Source of the DNA: a virus
Virus record (IMG/VR): IMGVR_UViG_3300037247_000655
Location: 64,001 to 128,000 of that record
Strand: one strand, 5' to 3'
DNA length: 64,000 nucleotides
The notes beneath the pieces were generated by a model. The model ran no database searches. It saw only the letters and a program-made list of their open reading frames with translations, and was not told where the DNA came from. This document shows, piece after piece, positions 26,279 to 36,250 of the stretch; position 1 is the first letter of the stretch; every line of letters starts with the position of its first letter. Both the position numbers and the translations under genes were made by a program.

Positions 26279-29199
26279 TACATCACCACCATACTAATTT
26301 GTCCAGGATCTGCTTTCTTGAGAGAAGATGTTCTTTTCTCTTCAACTACATTAGCCTGTTGCACAAGTCCCATGAAATGCTCAACTAACATCTTGCGATC
26401 AAACGGTACTCGCCTATCTCCAACGGTCCGTGATCCACTATTGAGAGCCTTAAGCCATTCACCGGAAAAATGAGTGTGTAACATTTCTGGGTGATTCCAA
26501 ACCTTGCCTATAACCCAATTGATAAATTCACTATTGTTCATATTGTTGCTAGGAGGTGTCAAATTTGGATTATGAAGACGAGCTGTGGGGCATAGCCAGG
26601 TTTCTGTCTGATCCTGAATTTTGGTTTCACGGATAACTTGTCCCCAGATAGCCGCTGTTCTTTCCCATCCCCTTCTTTTCATGGGTAATTCCTGTCCGTA
26701 AGTTGCAACTGGTTCTTCTATATACGCTCTGGTTTGTTGCATCTTCGTGTTTCTCGCATCTTCGCTAAGTTTGAGAAAACGATCCATTTTTCTGACAAAA
26801 TCGTCATTACTAGGCAAAGCCCTTCTTTGTTCAGTTTCAATAATAGCTTCCCAAAAGAATTTATGTACTTCTATTGGAATAGAGGTAGGATTATCCAAAT
26901 GGTCTTCCATAGCAGAGTATCTCACCGCCATAGTAGGTACGCCACAAGCCTGAGCCTCAGTTAAGGGCATACCCCAGCCCTCACACGTAGAATACTGCAC
27001 GTACAAATCGAAAGACTTGATGATGTCTGCTAACACATTCCGGGGGCACGAATGACTCGCATTAGGCGGATGCGCAGCTAATTTGCCACACTTACGACAA
27101 ACCATGATTTCCCCAGAGAAAAACGATGGATAAGCAGTGTTGCACTCGCTACATAGATATGTCATTATGACCTTGTTGCCTATTTTGAAATCACGAATAG
27201 CTTTCGCTATGTCATAACCAACATCAGGGTAACTAGTATGTAAGTAAAGAAACGTTTTCCTTGCCAACTCCGTATGTCCCTTGGATGTTGATCGATTAAC
27301 CCACATGGCAAACGCTTCTATCAAGTCGTAGTACAACTTTCGTTTTTGATTCCGCATTACGGTTCCGACAATAAGAGAATTAGGATCTATGCCAAGTTTT
27401 TGTTTGTGTTCTCTTTTATTGTCTGGTGGTTTGAATACGTCTAGGTCTGCGCCAGGAGATGCTATAGTTATAAGATTAGTTCCTTTCCTACCGGTTTTTT
27501 TTAATAGCTGCATACCATACTTAGAGTACGTAAGAATACGATCGCACTGCTTGTATGAATCTAACCAAAGCTCTCTCTGCGGCTCCCCATCGATTGTTGG
27601 CATCCATATAAAAGAAAAATTATGACGCACAGAAGAACGTAGTATAAACTCGTCCATCCACCAATCTCGAATACTGCAATTGTGAACACTGAACCCCGTT
27701 ACATAGCTATTATCTTGATCTACTTCTAGGTTATAAACTTGTCCATGATATTGTTCTGTTCGTATCCGCCGAATCGGAACAACTATGTAATCATCTTCGA
27801 TCCATCCAATACCTCCTTTGTCTATCCATTTTGGATTAAGAGATTTTCTCGACAAAAGTTCTGACTGTTTGTTAATAAACTCATGTGCCAAACGGGCTGA
27901 TTGACCATAACATTCTACATCGAACGACAACCTTTCTGTTTTGACCAATTTCGAAGGTTTATTGATCTTCCACATTATCGACGCCTTAACCCCTATTCTC
28001 GCAAACAGCATTCGTACTTGTCTTGCCAAGGTTTCAGAAACAGTGCTCAATGAAACCGTGTCAGGACCGTAATATCCATCGCCCTTAATTAACCCCTCTA
28101 GAAATGACTGGATTAATTCGATATCATTTGATTTCCAAATACAATCTGGTATTCTTTTATTGTGTGCGCCACAACCAACCATCTTCCCCATTAATTCTTT
28201 GATAAGAACAGAACAACATTTTACTGATTGACCATTTGACACTTTTGACTTCACCACGGAAGTAGACAGCCCAAATAAATCCTGTATTAGTGATTGTACG
28301 TCTTTGACATATTCGTTTTCCTTTATGGTAATGCCAAAATCGAGACTAATAGAATTACCAGAGTTTGAGCCTTCTGCGCAATAGTAGCCCAGTAGTCTAG
28401 CAAAACGTTTAGTTATATGGATGTACTTGGGTATGCCGTGGTCTTTTTTGTAATCCTGGTGCCCTGCTGGGTAAACCTTCGTGTCTATATTATCATAGAT
28501 AAATTGATCAAAGTAACAGGTTGTATCTAAAACATTTGACCGCTCTTTTTCGGGACGATGAATGGGAATTAGAACATAATCACCGGAAGACAAGTTTCGT
28601 GCTTCCACGAACTTCGCGTCATCAACAGAATGTCTGTCTCTAACATCTCTTTGTTTCCAAGTTCGTTTCTTACTTTTAATCACTAGGATTGGATGTTCTG
28701 GTGTAAAAGTATAACATTGATTGTCATTGTGTGGATAAATCTTAACAACATCACCTATATGTTGCCGTCTCGTAATATCTAAAACTTTTCGAGCTTTCCC
28801 CGTATGGGAAATAACTAATTCACCTTTTTGAATATCCTCTATATTTTTTACACCACTTGGCGTTTCCACTTTCGTCCCAGGAGGAACACATACTATATCA
28901 GGCTTAAAATCGAGACATACATCATCAAATATTCCTTCGCCGAATTGATTGGTAGGATTAGCCTGATACTTTTGCATAGCCTGCTGGTCACTCCTTGGCG
29001 GCGCAACTGGATAGAACTTCCAAGGAACTTGACTACACCGTTGATCGTCTGCGTGGGCGTAAGAACCCATTTCCGCAATTTCGAATTCGTTAGTTGCATG
29101 CAGTCTTTGAATAACTTCGTTCCAATAGGTACTAAATCCAGTAGCGAGATAAGACGCCTCACCTGTAAACAAAACACGGCGTTTGCGATTAGATTCCAT
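26278..29199 (-). CDS. Intein-containing glycosyltransferase family 4
   Basis: TGFSTY N-terminus; VMRNQKRK; DLYVQYSTCEGWGMPLTEAQACGVP; internal CxxC..CxxC; interrupted by intein. Confidence 0.88.
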   Translation of the reverse strand: MESNRKRRVLFTGEASYLATGFSTYWNEVIQRLHATNEFEIAEMGSYAHADDQRCSQVPWKFYPVAPPRSDQQAMQKYQANPTNQFGEGIFDDVCLDFKPDIVCVPPGTKVETPSGVKNIEDIQKGELVISHTGKARKVLDITRRQHIGDVVKIYPHNDNQCYTFTPEHPILVIKSKKRTWKQRDVRDRHSVDDAKFVEARNLSSGDYVLIPIHRPEKERSNVLDTTCYFDQFIYDNIDTKVYPAGHQDYKKDHGIPKYIHITKRFARLLGYYCAEGSNSGNSISLDFGITIKENEYVKDVQSLIQDLFGLSTSVVKSKVSNGQSVKCCSVLIKELMGKMVGCGAHNKRIPDCIWKSNDIELIQSFLEGLIKGDGYYGPDTVSLSTVSETLARQVRMLFARIGVKASIMWKINKPSKLVKTERLSFDVECYGQSARLAHEFINKQSELLSRKSLNPKWIDKGGIGWIEDDYIVVPIRRIRTEQYHGQVYNLEVDQDNSYVTGFSVHNCSIRDWWMDEFILRSSVRHNFSFIWMPTIDGEPQRELWLDSYKQCDRILTYSKYGMQLLKKTGRKGTNLITIASPGADLDVFKPPDNKREHKQKLGIDPNSLIVGTVMRNQKRKLYYDLIEAFAMWVNRSTSKGHTELARKTFLYLHTSYPDVGYDIAKAIRDFKIGNKVIMTYLCSECNTAYPSFFSGEIMVCRKCGKLAAHPPNASHSCPRNVLADIIKSFDLYVQYSTCEGWGMPLTEAQACGVPTMAVRYSAMEDHLDNPTSIPIEVHKFFWEAIIETEQRRALPSNDDFVRKMDRFLKLSEDARNTKMQQTRAYIEEPVATYGQELPMKRRGWERTAAIWGQVIRETKIQDQTETWLCPTARLHNPNLTPPSNNMNNSEFINWVIGKVWNHPEMLHTHFSGEWLKALNSGSRTVGDRRVPFDRKMLVEHFMGLVQQANVVEEKRTSSLKKADPGQISMVVM
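27679..28890 (-). mobile_element. Intein with LAGLIDADG homing endonuclease in GT4 gene (404 aa)
   Basis: Begins CVPPGTKVETPSG, block B FTPEHPI, LAGLIDADG-like LLGYYCAEGS and FLEGLIKGDG, ends VYNLEVDQDNSYVTGFSVHN; +1 residue Cys. Confidence 0.93.
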
Positions 29200-29779
29200 A
29201 ACCACTCCTCATGAGTTTGGGACGTAAATTCCTGGTTCGCAACCATCTCTGTTTTCTACTGAGACCTAGCTTGTTGATCTGTCCATCCATCTGTGACACA
29301 ATCATATCCTTATCTTCTTTAGTCAAGTTAATAGACGACAAAATATCTGATAGCACGGAAAACGGATCAATGGTATCAACAGGTTCTACAAATAAAGTTT
29401 GCCAAGACTGTGGGTGGAGCATAGATCTAAGGACTTCTAGTTTAAGCCCTGTTATCTGTAGTTGTTCACAGATCTCGTGGTCATTCTTGCCTAAACCAGA
29501 AAGCATTTCAACCTGATGAATCTGTCTCTTTACTCTGCATGGTGCAGAGACCACGCACATCGCCCCCAAAGCAGTGTCTCTCATCGCACGAGCTATAGAT
29601 ACTATCGCATAGGCAGTGAAGTTATTCTTATTATGTCCCCCAGCTTTAATCTCTGCTAATTTGAGATGTCCAGCTTGTATATAATCTTCTGCATCCGCGC
29701 AACTATTGTTATAGGCAGCATCTATTTTTATAGCGAAATAAGATATAAACTTTTCTAGTGTCTGTTCTGCTTCCTGCAT
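29189..29779 (-). CDS. Sigma-70-like factor (regions 2-4, divergent)
   Basis: AEDYIQAGHLKL...NFTAYAIVSIARAMRD region-2-like; EICEQLQIT HTH-like. Confidence 0.65.
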   Translation of the reverse strand: MQEAEQTLEKFISYFAIKIDAAYNNSCADAEDYIQAGHLKLAEIKAGGHNKNNFTAYAIVSIARAMRDTALGAMCVVSAPCRVKRQIHQVEMLSGLGKNDHEICEQLQITGLKLEVLRSMLHPQSWQTLFVEPVDTIDPFSVLSDILSSINLTKEDKDMIVSQMDGQINKLGLSRKQRWLRTRNLRPKLMRSGYGI

Positions 29780-30207
29780 TAGAATGGGACACTGGGATCG
29801 TTAGTGGGAGCCTGAGCACTTGGTTCAGCTACTTTGGTCGCCTGTGCTGGTTGTGCTTCATCGCTGTTTTTAGCGGTCTTCACACACAACTGAAAATCAC
29901 GGACATTCAAAGAATAGGCGACCCTCTTTTGACCACTATCCTTGTCTTCCCAGCTATCTTGTTTAATATATCCATTGACGTAAATAGGCTGGCCCTTCTT
30001 GACTAGTTCAGACATCCTGGTTGCCTTAGCACTCCATACCTGCGCCCTCATAAAACAGGGTTCGTTCTGCCACTGATCATTATTATCCTTATAACTACGA
30101 TTAAAAGCCAGGTTGACAGTACAAACGGGCGTTTTCTTCTGTCCAACGAACTTTAGCTCCGGATCTGCAGTTGCAACACCAACACCATTAAAACTTAACT
30201 CTGCCAT
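29779..30207 (-). CDS. ssb: Single-stranded DNA-binding protein
   Basis: DPELKF...LAFNRSY...KKGQPIYVNGYIKQDSWEDK; C-terminal VPF tail. Confidence 0.95.
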   Translation of the reverse strand: MAELSFNGVGVATADPELKFVGQKKTPVCTVNLAFNRSYKDNNDQWQNEPCFMRAQVWSAKATRMSELVKKGQPIYVNGYIKQDSWEDKDSGQKRVAYSLNVRDFQLCVKTAKNSDEAQPAQATKVAEPSAQAPTNDPSVPF

Positions 30208-30233
30208 TACACATACCCTTCCAATAAATACAT
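30207..30233 (-). CDS. 8-codon uORF (MYLLEGYV) coupled to ssb
   Basis: AAGGAGGA RBS 7 nt before ATG; stop overlaps ssb start (TAATG). Confidence 0.4.
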   Translation of the reverse strand: MYLLEGYV

Positions 30234-30283
30234 TAGTTAGTCCTCCTTGTTATACGTCCAAAGAGGTATTCTGTTGCACAAAA

Positions 30284-32152
30284 TTATAATAATTTTTGTA
30301 TATTCTTAACAATAAAGCTGCCCTTTCTTTTATCCCCGTAAACAAGACAGATAACATCATCTTTACATAATCCCCTAAGCTTGGAAAATACGTCGGGGAA
30401 GACTACCGCGTGATCCACTGAATACGTAGAATCTGACATAGTCAAGAAACACATTGGCTTACCGGGATTCTTACCTCTTTTTGTTTTAGTATGTTTCACA
30501 CTATCTATTATGACACACACAACAATATCATCCTGATTAGTAGCCTTAGCTATATCTAGGCAGGTATGTGTGGCAAGTGTTTGGTCTGCATCGTCGGCCT
30601 GAGAACAAGAAAGGGCGATTCCAAGAAAATACTTCTCCGCAGTAGCATTAGCCATGTTTGTATCCTTCAGTGGACTTTCTGTCATGGCGGCTTTCCTGGC
30701 CATCATTGTCCGTCTAGCATCACTGGCACACGGTGGTTTGACGACAATATCTCGATATCCATTGTCTAGCATTAGTTTTTCTAATTTCTTCTTAGTCCGT
30801 CCCCCTAGTTCGGACAACCACGACACTTTCTCTTCACTTGAAGTATATACAAATTTACTGTCCCCATCTGTGATTCCGTCAAAAGCAACATCGGCTTGGT
30901 CCAAGTATTCCTGTGTAGCTTTTACCAATTCACCCTTGGTCATTTGCTTGATAGTTTTTGTTTTGCATCCAGCAGGCTGGGACATTTGTAGTAATATTTC
31001 CTGTGTAGTCATCTCACCAAGTTCCAGTTGATTGAAAAAATAAACTTTCTCTTTACCGGTTAGACCCTTTACTTCTACTTTTTTGCCAGATTCGTCATGA
31101 ACAGAAGTCCCCAGTATTACTTCAAGTTCTCTGACCATCTCACTACGCTCCATACCGTAGCAATCGCACGCACCTGACTTAATTAAAGCTATTCCAACAT
31201 TTCTGTGAAAATCAGGGACAGAGGCCAAAAAGCCACCCCAAGTTCCCAAACATGGACTAGATACTTTTAAAGGGTCCATTCCTGGCGTTTCTGTGGCCGC
31301 TGAGACGATCTTCTTGATAGCCGAGGCACCAACACCCCTAATATGCGCCAGGCCAAAAGCTATGCCATTCTTTGTTTTTTCTGCCATCGTAAAATGTGTG
31401 TTTCCACTTCTGATGTCAGGAGGTAGAATTTCAACACCGAATAACCTGGCATCCTGTACTAATTTGTAAATCTCCTCCTTAGGATCACCCTTATAACTAG
31501 AATATGTAAGGTAACTTGTGAAGAACTCTCTAGGAAAGTGGCACTTTATCCAAGCAGTTTGGTATGCAATCAGACCATAACTTACAGCATGGCTTTTATT
31601 AAAACTGTAGCGTTGACATTTTTCAATCCAACCAAAGATTTCTTCAGCTACTTCTAAGTCAATCTTGCCATATTCTTGGGCACCTTTGATAAATTTAGAC
31701 TTTACTTTAGCCATAAGCTTAGAATCCTTTTTACCTATAGCTTTTCTCAGCGTATCGGCACTTTCGGGACTAAGACCAGCCAAGTCGGTAGCTATTCTCA
31801 GCGCTTGCTCCTGATACACCATCTGGGCGTGAGTAGATTCTAATATCGGTTTTAAGGCGGGATGTAGATAAGTTATTTTTTTCTTTCCAAACTTAACGTC
31901 GACATAGGCTTGACTGAGCCCACTTTCAAGTGGACCTGGACGTAAAATACTCACTAACGCAGCCAATTCTTCTATACTATCGGGCTTTAATTTCTTTGAC
32001 CAATCTTGACCAAGATTTTTTTCAAGCTGGAAGACTCCAACAGTATTACCACTAGCCAGAAGCCTCCATACGGCAGGGCAATCCAAGTTGATGTTGTTGA
32101 TATCGAACTTACCCCTGTCTACGCGACATTTACAATTAGCGAACTCTATCAT
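30284..32152 (-). CDS. dnaE: DNA polymerase III alpha, C-terminal half (fingers, HhH, OB)
   Basis: TVGVFQLE, ILRPGPLE, MVYQEQ, YSFNKSHAVSY, LPPDI, GLAHIRGVG, LIKSGACD, EKYFLG, OB fold MCFLTMSD..AVVFP. Confidence 0.92.
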   Translation of the reverse strand: MIEFANCKCRVDRGKFDINNINLDCPAVWRLLASGNTVGVFQLEKNLGQDWSKKLKPDSIEELAALVSILRPGPLESGLSQAYVDVKFGKKKITYLHPALKPILESTHAQMVYQEQALRIATDLAGLSPESADTLRKAIGKKDSKLMAKVKSKFIKGAQEYGKIDLEVAEEIFGWIEKCQRYSFNKSHAVSYGLIAYQTAWIKCHFPREFFTSYLTYSSYKGDPKEEIYKLVQDARLFGVEILPPDIRSGNTHFTMAEKTKNGIAFGLAHIRGVGASAIKKIVSAATETPGMDPLKVSSPCLGTWGGFLASVPDFHRNVGIALIKSGACDCYGMERSEMVRELEVILGTSVHDESGKKVEVKGLTGKEKVYFFNQLELGEMTTQEILLQMSQPAGCKTKTIKQMTKGELVKATQEYLDQADVAFDGITDGDSKFVYTSSEEKVSWLSELGGRTKKKLEKLMLDNGYRDIVVKPPCASDARRTMMARKAAMTESPLKDTNMANATAEKYFLGIALSCSQADDADQTLATHTCLDIAKATNQDDIVVCVIIDSVKHTKTKRGKNPGKPMCFLTMSDSTYSVDHAVVFPDVFSKLRGLCKDDVICLVYGDKRKGSFIVKNIQKLL

Positions 32153-32192
32153 ACTACATTATACCTCTAACTAAACGATTTGTTCCATGTTT

Positions 32193-33125
32193 TTACAATA
32201 TAATATCAACAGAAAAAAATTGTCCCTTTATATCTTGCCATATATTATGAGACAATCCTCCGTCAGATTGTATTGCATAGTAATTATTATGTAACTCGTA
32301 TCCGGCTGATGCTATTTTATTAGTTTGTGCATCATTATGGATAGCTTGTTCGCACACATCAAGTAGGTCTGATAAATCTTGCTTGACAGACAAGTAATGC
32401 ACATCTGGTTCCATACAGTTAAGCCATCGAACATCTTGTAGACAACATGACACCACAGCAGAACCGACACCAAGGGTCTCGAACATACGATAGGTTAACG
32501 GACTATTGCCCGGCATACATAGCGATAGCAGTGATTGATTTATGGTTCTGAGATAGAAGCTCCTTGGACGATGACCAATTTCTACACCGCTAATATCTCT
32601 CGGTTCAGTCCCACCCTCTTGCCCAACAATACCACCAACGAACCACGGTTGACTTTTCAGGATTTCGCACGCACGGATTCTTAGGTTGTCTTTTGTACTC
32701 TGTGCTCCTGTTGGCAATCCAAAGAAACACGCCTTGGGCTTCTTTGTCGATGGTTTAGGTAAACCACCAATCAGAAATGGATGTACCGTTATCATCTTAT
32801 CCAGTATCCGTGGATCATAGATGGCAAGGTTATTATCCCACTGTATTTTTGCGAAAGCAGATACTTTATCGATTAATTCATCTGGCAGACCGTCGAGTTT
32901 GAATACATTCAAGTCTCCTAAAGATACAAGAACTATTTGACCACGAAAAGCCAATATTTCATCGACGATAAACTGGTCCAGAGCGTGAGGCCATATGCAG
33001 TCCACAAACCATATATCTGCGTCATTCCTGTTAGTTAGCGTATGTCCATATCTTTGGAGGGTTTGCAGTAAAGCGTACATTCTTGGTGGTGTAGCCTTGT
33101 GGATTGCAAGTGTGCGTATCTTCAT
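32193..33125 (-). CDS. Glycosyltransferase (GT90/CAP10-like, GT-B)
   Basis: FFGLPTG...LRIRAC; LCMPGN...TYRMFETL; PDVHYLSVKQDLSDL. Confidence 0.65.
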   Translation of the reverse strand: MKIRTLAIHKATPPRMYALLQTLQRYGHTLTNRNDADIWFVDCIWPHALDQFIVDEILAFRGQIVLVSLGDLNVFKLDGLPDELIDKVSAFAKIQWDNNLAIYDPRILDKMITVHPFLIGGLPKPSTKKPKACFFGLPTGAQSTKDNLRIRACEILKSQPWFVGGIVGQEGGTEPRDISGVEIGHRPRSFYLRTINQSLLSLCMPGNSPLTYRMFETLGVGSAVVSCCLQDVRWLNCMEPDVHYLSVKQDLSDLLDVCEQAIHNDAQTNKIASAGYELHNNYYAIQSDGGLSHNIWQDIKGQFFSVDIIL

Positions 33126-33140
33126 TATCTTATCCCCTAA

Positions 33141-33833
33141 TTATTCGAATGTGTATCCAAATCTATTAACAATGTATTTATCCATTTTCTCAACCGATTG
33201 TCTAAGCTTGGCGTCATAATACTCTTGATACCTGCCATGTTTAGAAGTATTCACCTTCGCCATTGTTGCTAGAGTGTTTTTCTGTTGTTCTGTTATTCCA
33301 ACAGTGGTATCTGCCAGGAAATTAGTTAGGTCTTCTCTAAGGTTTTCGGTACGGCACAAATGAATATTAAATACCATATCATCTGTTATGGACTTGGTTT
33401 TCAATGCTTTGAATACCACAGCTTGATTACGACAATAACTTTGTATATAATAGTATGTGTAAATTCCTATCCCAAGCCTATTGATTAATCCAAAATCTAT
33501 GTTATGGACTTTGGTATTCAAATTGGCAATCTTACTCATGAATTCAACAAAGTTTGTTTGTTTGCCATTGGGATGTAATACTTTAAAAGGCCCTTTTAAA
33601 GCTTCTGTTCTCTGAGTACTAGCATACCAGGATACATACCAATCCCACGGATTACGGATTGTGCCCAGTATAGGTTTCTGTCTATATCTCTTTGGGATAT
33701 CACATGCTTTGTCATGAACTATTCCATTGTATTTGGCGTTCGGTATGTTGTTAGTCAGATATTCTCGAATAAATGATCCTCCAGTTTTTTGAAGATGTAT
33801 ACAAATAAAATGTGGTGTGACAATCATTTGCAA
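33141..33833 (-). CDS. Sulfotransferase family protein
   Basis: 5'-PSB IHLQKTGGS; 3'-PB IRNPWDWYVSWY; RTENLREDL; YQEYYD; FGYTF. Confidence 0.88.
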   Translation of the reverse strand: MQMIVTPHFICIHLQKTGGSFIREYLTNNIPNAKYNGIVHDKACDIPKRYRQKPILGTIRNPWDWYVSWYASTQRTEALKGPFKVLHPNGKQTNFVEFMSKIANLNTKVHNIDFGLINRLGIGIYTYYYIQSYCRNQAVVFKALKTKSITDDMVFNIHLCRTENLREDLTNFLADTTVGITEQQKNTLATMAKVNTSKHGRYQEYYDAKLRQSVEKMDKYIVNRFGYTFE

Positions 33834-34729
33834 ATTCCTTGTACTTGATTCAGAAGCTCTACCACGCGATCACTATAAGTGGGACATCTATCAAAACCGC
33901 ACTTACGTATTTTTTCCCTCTCATCATCGTGGTCGCAATAATAATCTATTGTTGTTTTCAGTGAGTTCATGTCGTGTCGCGGGAATACGACCAACTCTTC
34001 CCCAATTACAAATTCCTGCTCCATACCAACTGTTGCTGGATGTAACAAGAATCCACCGCGACCACGTTGTTCGTATAGACGATTACTCCAATAATAATTG
34101 CCAGGTAACGAATCACCAACTACAACCTTTGTCGACCTTAGTAATTTATTTAGCTCTAACCCACGAATTTGGTCGCACGGGTTTTCAGATGCGCCAAAGA
34201 CCTTGAATTTCTTCCCATAAGTGTCTTGCAGGAAGTTTACTAATTTCTTGCGATACTCGTTGTACACACTGCCGACAAAGATAATATCACAATCAACAGC
34301 GATAGGGTCTACCCATACACGATCGGGAGCGTGAAGGCCTTGTCGTAAGGTGATGTGGTCAACTCCAAACTGAGCCTTCCACTGATCGTCGCACCCACCA
34401 TCAGTTGTGCAAACTAGGTCTGACAAATATAGTTTGCGTTTTCTTATTATGGTTTGTGCCCTGTCGAGGTAGAAGAGTCTGTCGAAACTCCAGTGTACCA
34501 CCAGAATATTCTGTTGATTTAACCACGGCAGTAGTATTCCAAAATAGTCAGCCCCTTTGCCACACAACACGAAGTCTGGTTTGTTGCTGGTGATTATCTG
34601 CTTAATCTTAGTCAGGGCTGTTTCTAGAGGCACTTTGGTCACATTGATCCCTAGTTCGTTGAATGCCGTTGTTATGTAGTTGCCGCTAGAGAAGAAGTGG
34701 TCAAACTTATCGATATATATAATGTTCAC
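33824..34729 (-). CDS. CgeB-like glycosyltransferase (GT-B)
   Basis: DIIFVGS...YWSNRLYE..GRGGFLL..EREKIRKCG; GTG start. Confidence 0.8.
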   Translation of the reverse strand: MNIIYIDKFDHFFSSGNYITTAFNELGINVTKVPLETALTKIKQIITSNKPDFVLCGKGADYFGILLPWLNQQNILVVHWSFDRLFYLDRAQTIIRKRKLYLSDLVCTTDGGCDDQWKAQFGVDHITLRQGLHAPDRVWVDPIAVDCDIIFVGSVYNEYRKKLVNFLQDTYGKKFKVFGASENPCDQIRGLELNKLLRSTKVVVGDSLPGNYYWSNRLYEQRGRGGFLLHPATVGMEQEFVIGEELVVFPRHDMNSLKTTIDYYCDHDDEREKIRKCGFDRCPTYSDRVVELLNQVQGICK

Positions 34730-34768
34730 AATAACATACCTCCACAAAACTGTCCTGTGCAATTCTAA

Positions 34769-35497
34769 TTAAGCAGGCTTCTTCCACAATGCACGGACGT
34801 ATCTCTGCCCCTTGTCTCCACTGAGTTTCCACTTAGCTACTTCTTCCATACCACATCTCTCGCGCAGTATGTCCAGTGCTTTGTATTCGAATTCTGTCAT
34901 ATGTCCCGCTGGGCTGAAGCGTATCAACTCGGAAGCGTTCTTAATTGGAACTTCGATATGGATATGGCCATTCGGCTTCAGCATCTTTACAGCTTTGTCC
35001 ATTGATTCAAGGGGGTTAATAACATGCTCAAGTGTGTTCCAGAACACTACCAAATCGAATTTATTATCAACTGCAAATGGGTCATCTTCCACAAAACCAT
35101 GAAAAATATCTAAGCCATAATTATGTCTTGCCCATGCAATGGCTTGCCAACTTAATTCGTTACCGTATACTTTCCATCCCTTTGATTGGGCAATGTGCAT
35201 TACAAAACCTGCTGCTGCTCCTACATCATAAAGTTTACCTACAGTAACGTGTGGTTTAATGAGATCCAATTGTTCAGAAGCCTGGGTAAGACGCTTCTTC
35301 CTGGTTTCTGAATTGGTACAAGCAGTAAGCATCATATTTGCTAACGACTGCTTCAAAGCAGCCTTGGACGGCACTTCAGTATTCCAATGCACCTGGCACA
35401 TTTTACATGCAAAAAATTTATCAACCACCGGACCAGACAATTTACTTCCGCAAAATCTACATTTCATAATTTTTGTATGACTAATCACTTTATCCAT
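34769..35497 (-). CDS. Class I SAM-dependent methyltransferase with N-terminal Zn ribbon
   Basis: CRFC..CKMC; LYDVGAAAG; FDLVVFWNTLEHV; LKPNGHIHIEVP. Confidence 0.88.
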   Translation of the reverse strand: MDKVISHTKIMKCRFCGSKLSGPVVDKFFACKMCQVHWNTEVPSKAALKQSLANMMLTACTNSETRKKRLTQASEQLDLIKPHVTVGKLYDVGAAAGFVMHIAQSKGWKVYGNELSWQAIAWARHNYGLDIFHGFVEDDPFAVDNKFDLVVFWNTLEHVINPLESMDKAVKMLKPNGHIHIEVPIKNASELIRFSPAGHMTEFEYKALDILRERCGMEEVAKWKLSGDKGQRYVRALWKKPA

Positions 35498-36246
35498 CTC
35501 CCAGCTTCACGAATTTTCCTAACCAAACTCTGGTCTTTTGGCCATACTTTTCTGTCTGGCCTACCGTAATTGATTACATCAATTATTACACCCATAGCGT
35601 CACAAGCATGGACAAAAACCGACGAAGATAAAACTCTATACCTAGCCTCACGGGCTAAAACAAAAGAAAAATTGATGTCTGGATCAGCGCAGTAGTGGTT
35701 GCCACCAAGCCCTGTATCTATAACTGGTAAATCTGGTAAGTGTTTTTTGATCCAATCTGCGCAATCCCAATCGTGTGTGGTATGGAATTCTATTTGTGTA
35801 TGTCTGTATATGTACCCGTTTGGGTAGCAAGACGAAACAAGGTCCATGGCTCTTGCTTCGGTATCCGGGGGAATAAAAACTTCAAGTTGATTGTCGTCAG
35901 GTGTAATACCGCATTCCTTCCAGTTGGTCGCAATTTTACATCCTTTTATGATTGATTCGTGCAAACAACTTATGGACATATCATAATGTTTGGATAGTCG
36001 CTCGAATTGTAGAATATTCAATTCCTTTTGACACTCGAATCCTAAATCGGATCTCCACGGGTTGTCAATATTTACAAAACCTTTTACATATGGACATTCT
36101 CTCAATAGGCCAGAATTGAAAACTTCAGGTCTACACATCAAATCAATAGTATGTCCTTGTTTATAAAGATGTCTCAAAATTGGTGTCAATAAGACAACAT
36201 CCCCCAATCCGTGCCAGTATAGAATGATTACTTTCTTATTTTTCAT
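35485..36246 (-). CDS. GT9 (heptosyltransferase)-like protein
   Basis: HGLGDVVLLTPILRHL GT9 N-terminal motif; SSSVFVHACDAMG. Confidence 0.7.
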   Translation of the reverse strand: MKNKKVIILYWHGLGDVVLLTPILRHLYKQGHTIDLMCRPEVFNSGLLRECPYVKGFVNIDNPWRSDLGFECQKELNILQFERLSKHYDMSISCLHESIIKGCKIATNWKECGITPDDNQLEVFIPPDTEARAMDLVSSCYPNGYIYRHTQIEFHTTHDWDCADWIKKHLPDLPVIDTGLGGNHYCADPDINFSFVLAREARYRVLSSSVFVHACDAMGVIIDVINYGRPDRKVWPKDQSLVRKIREAGRWIK

Positions 36247-36250
36247 ATAT

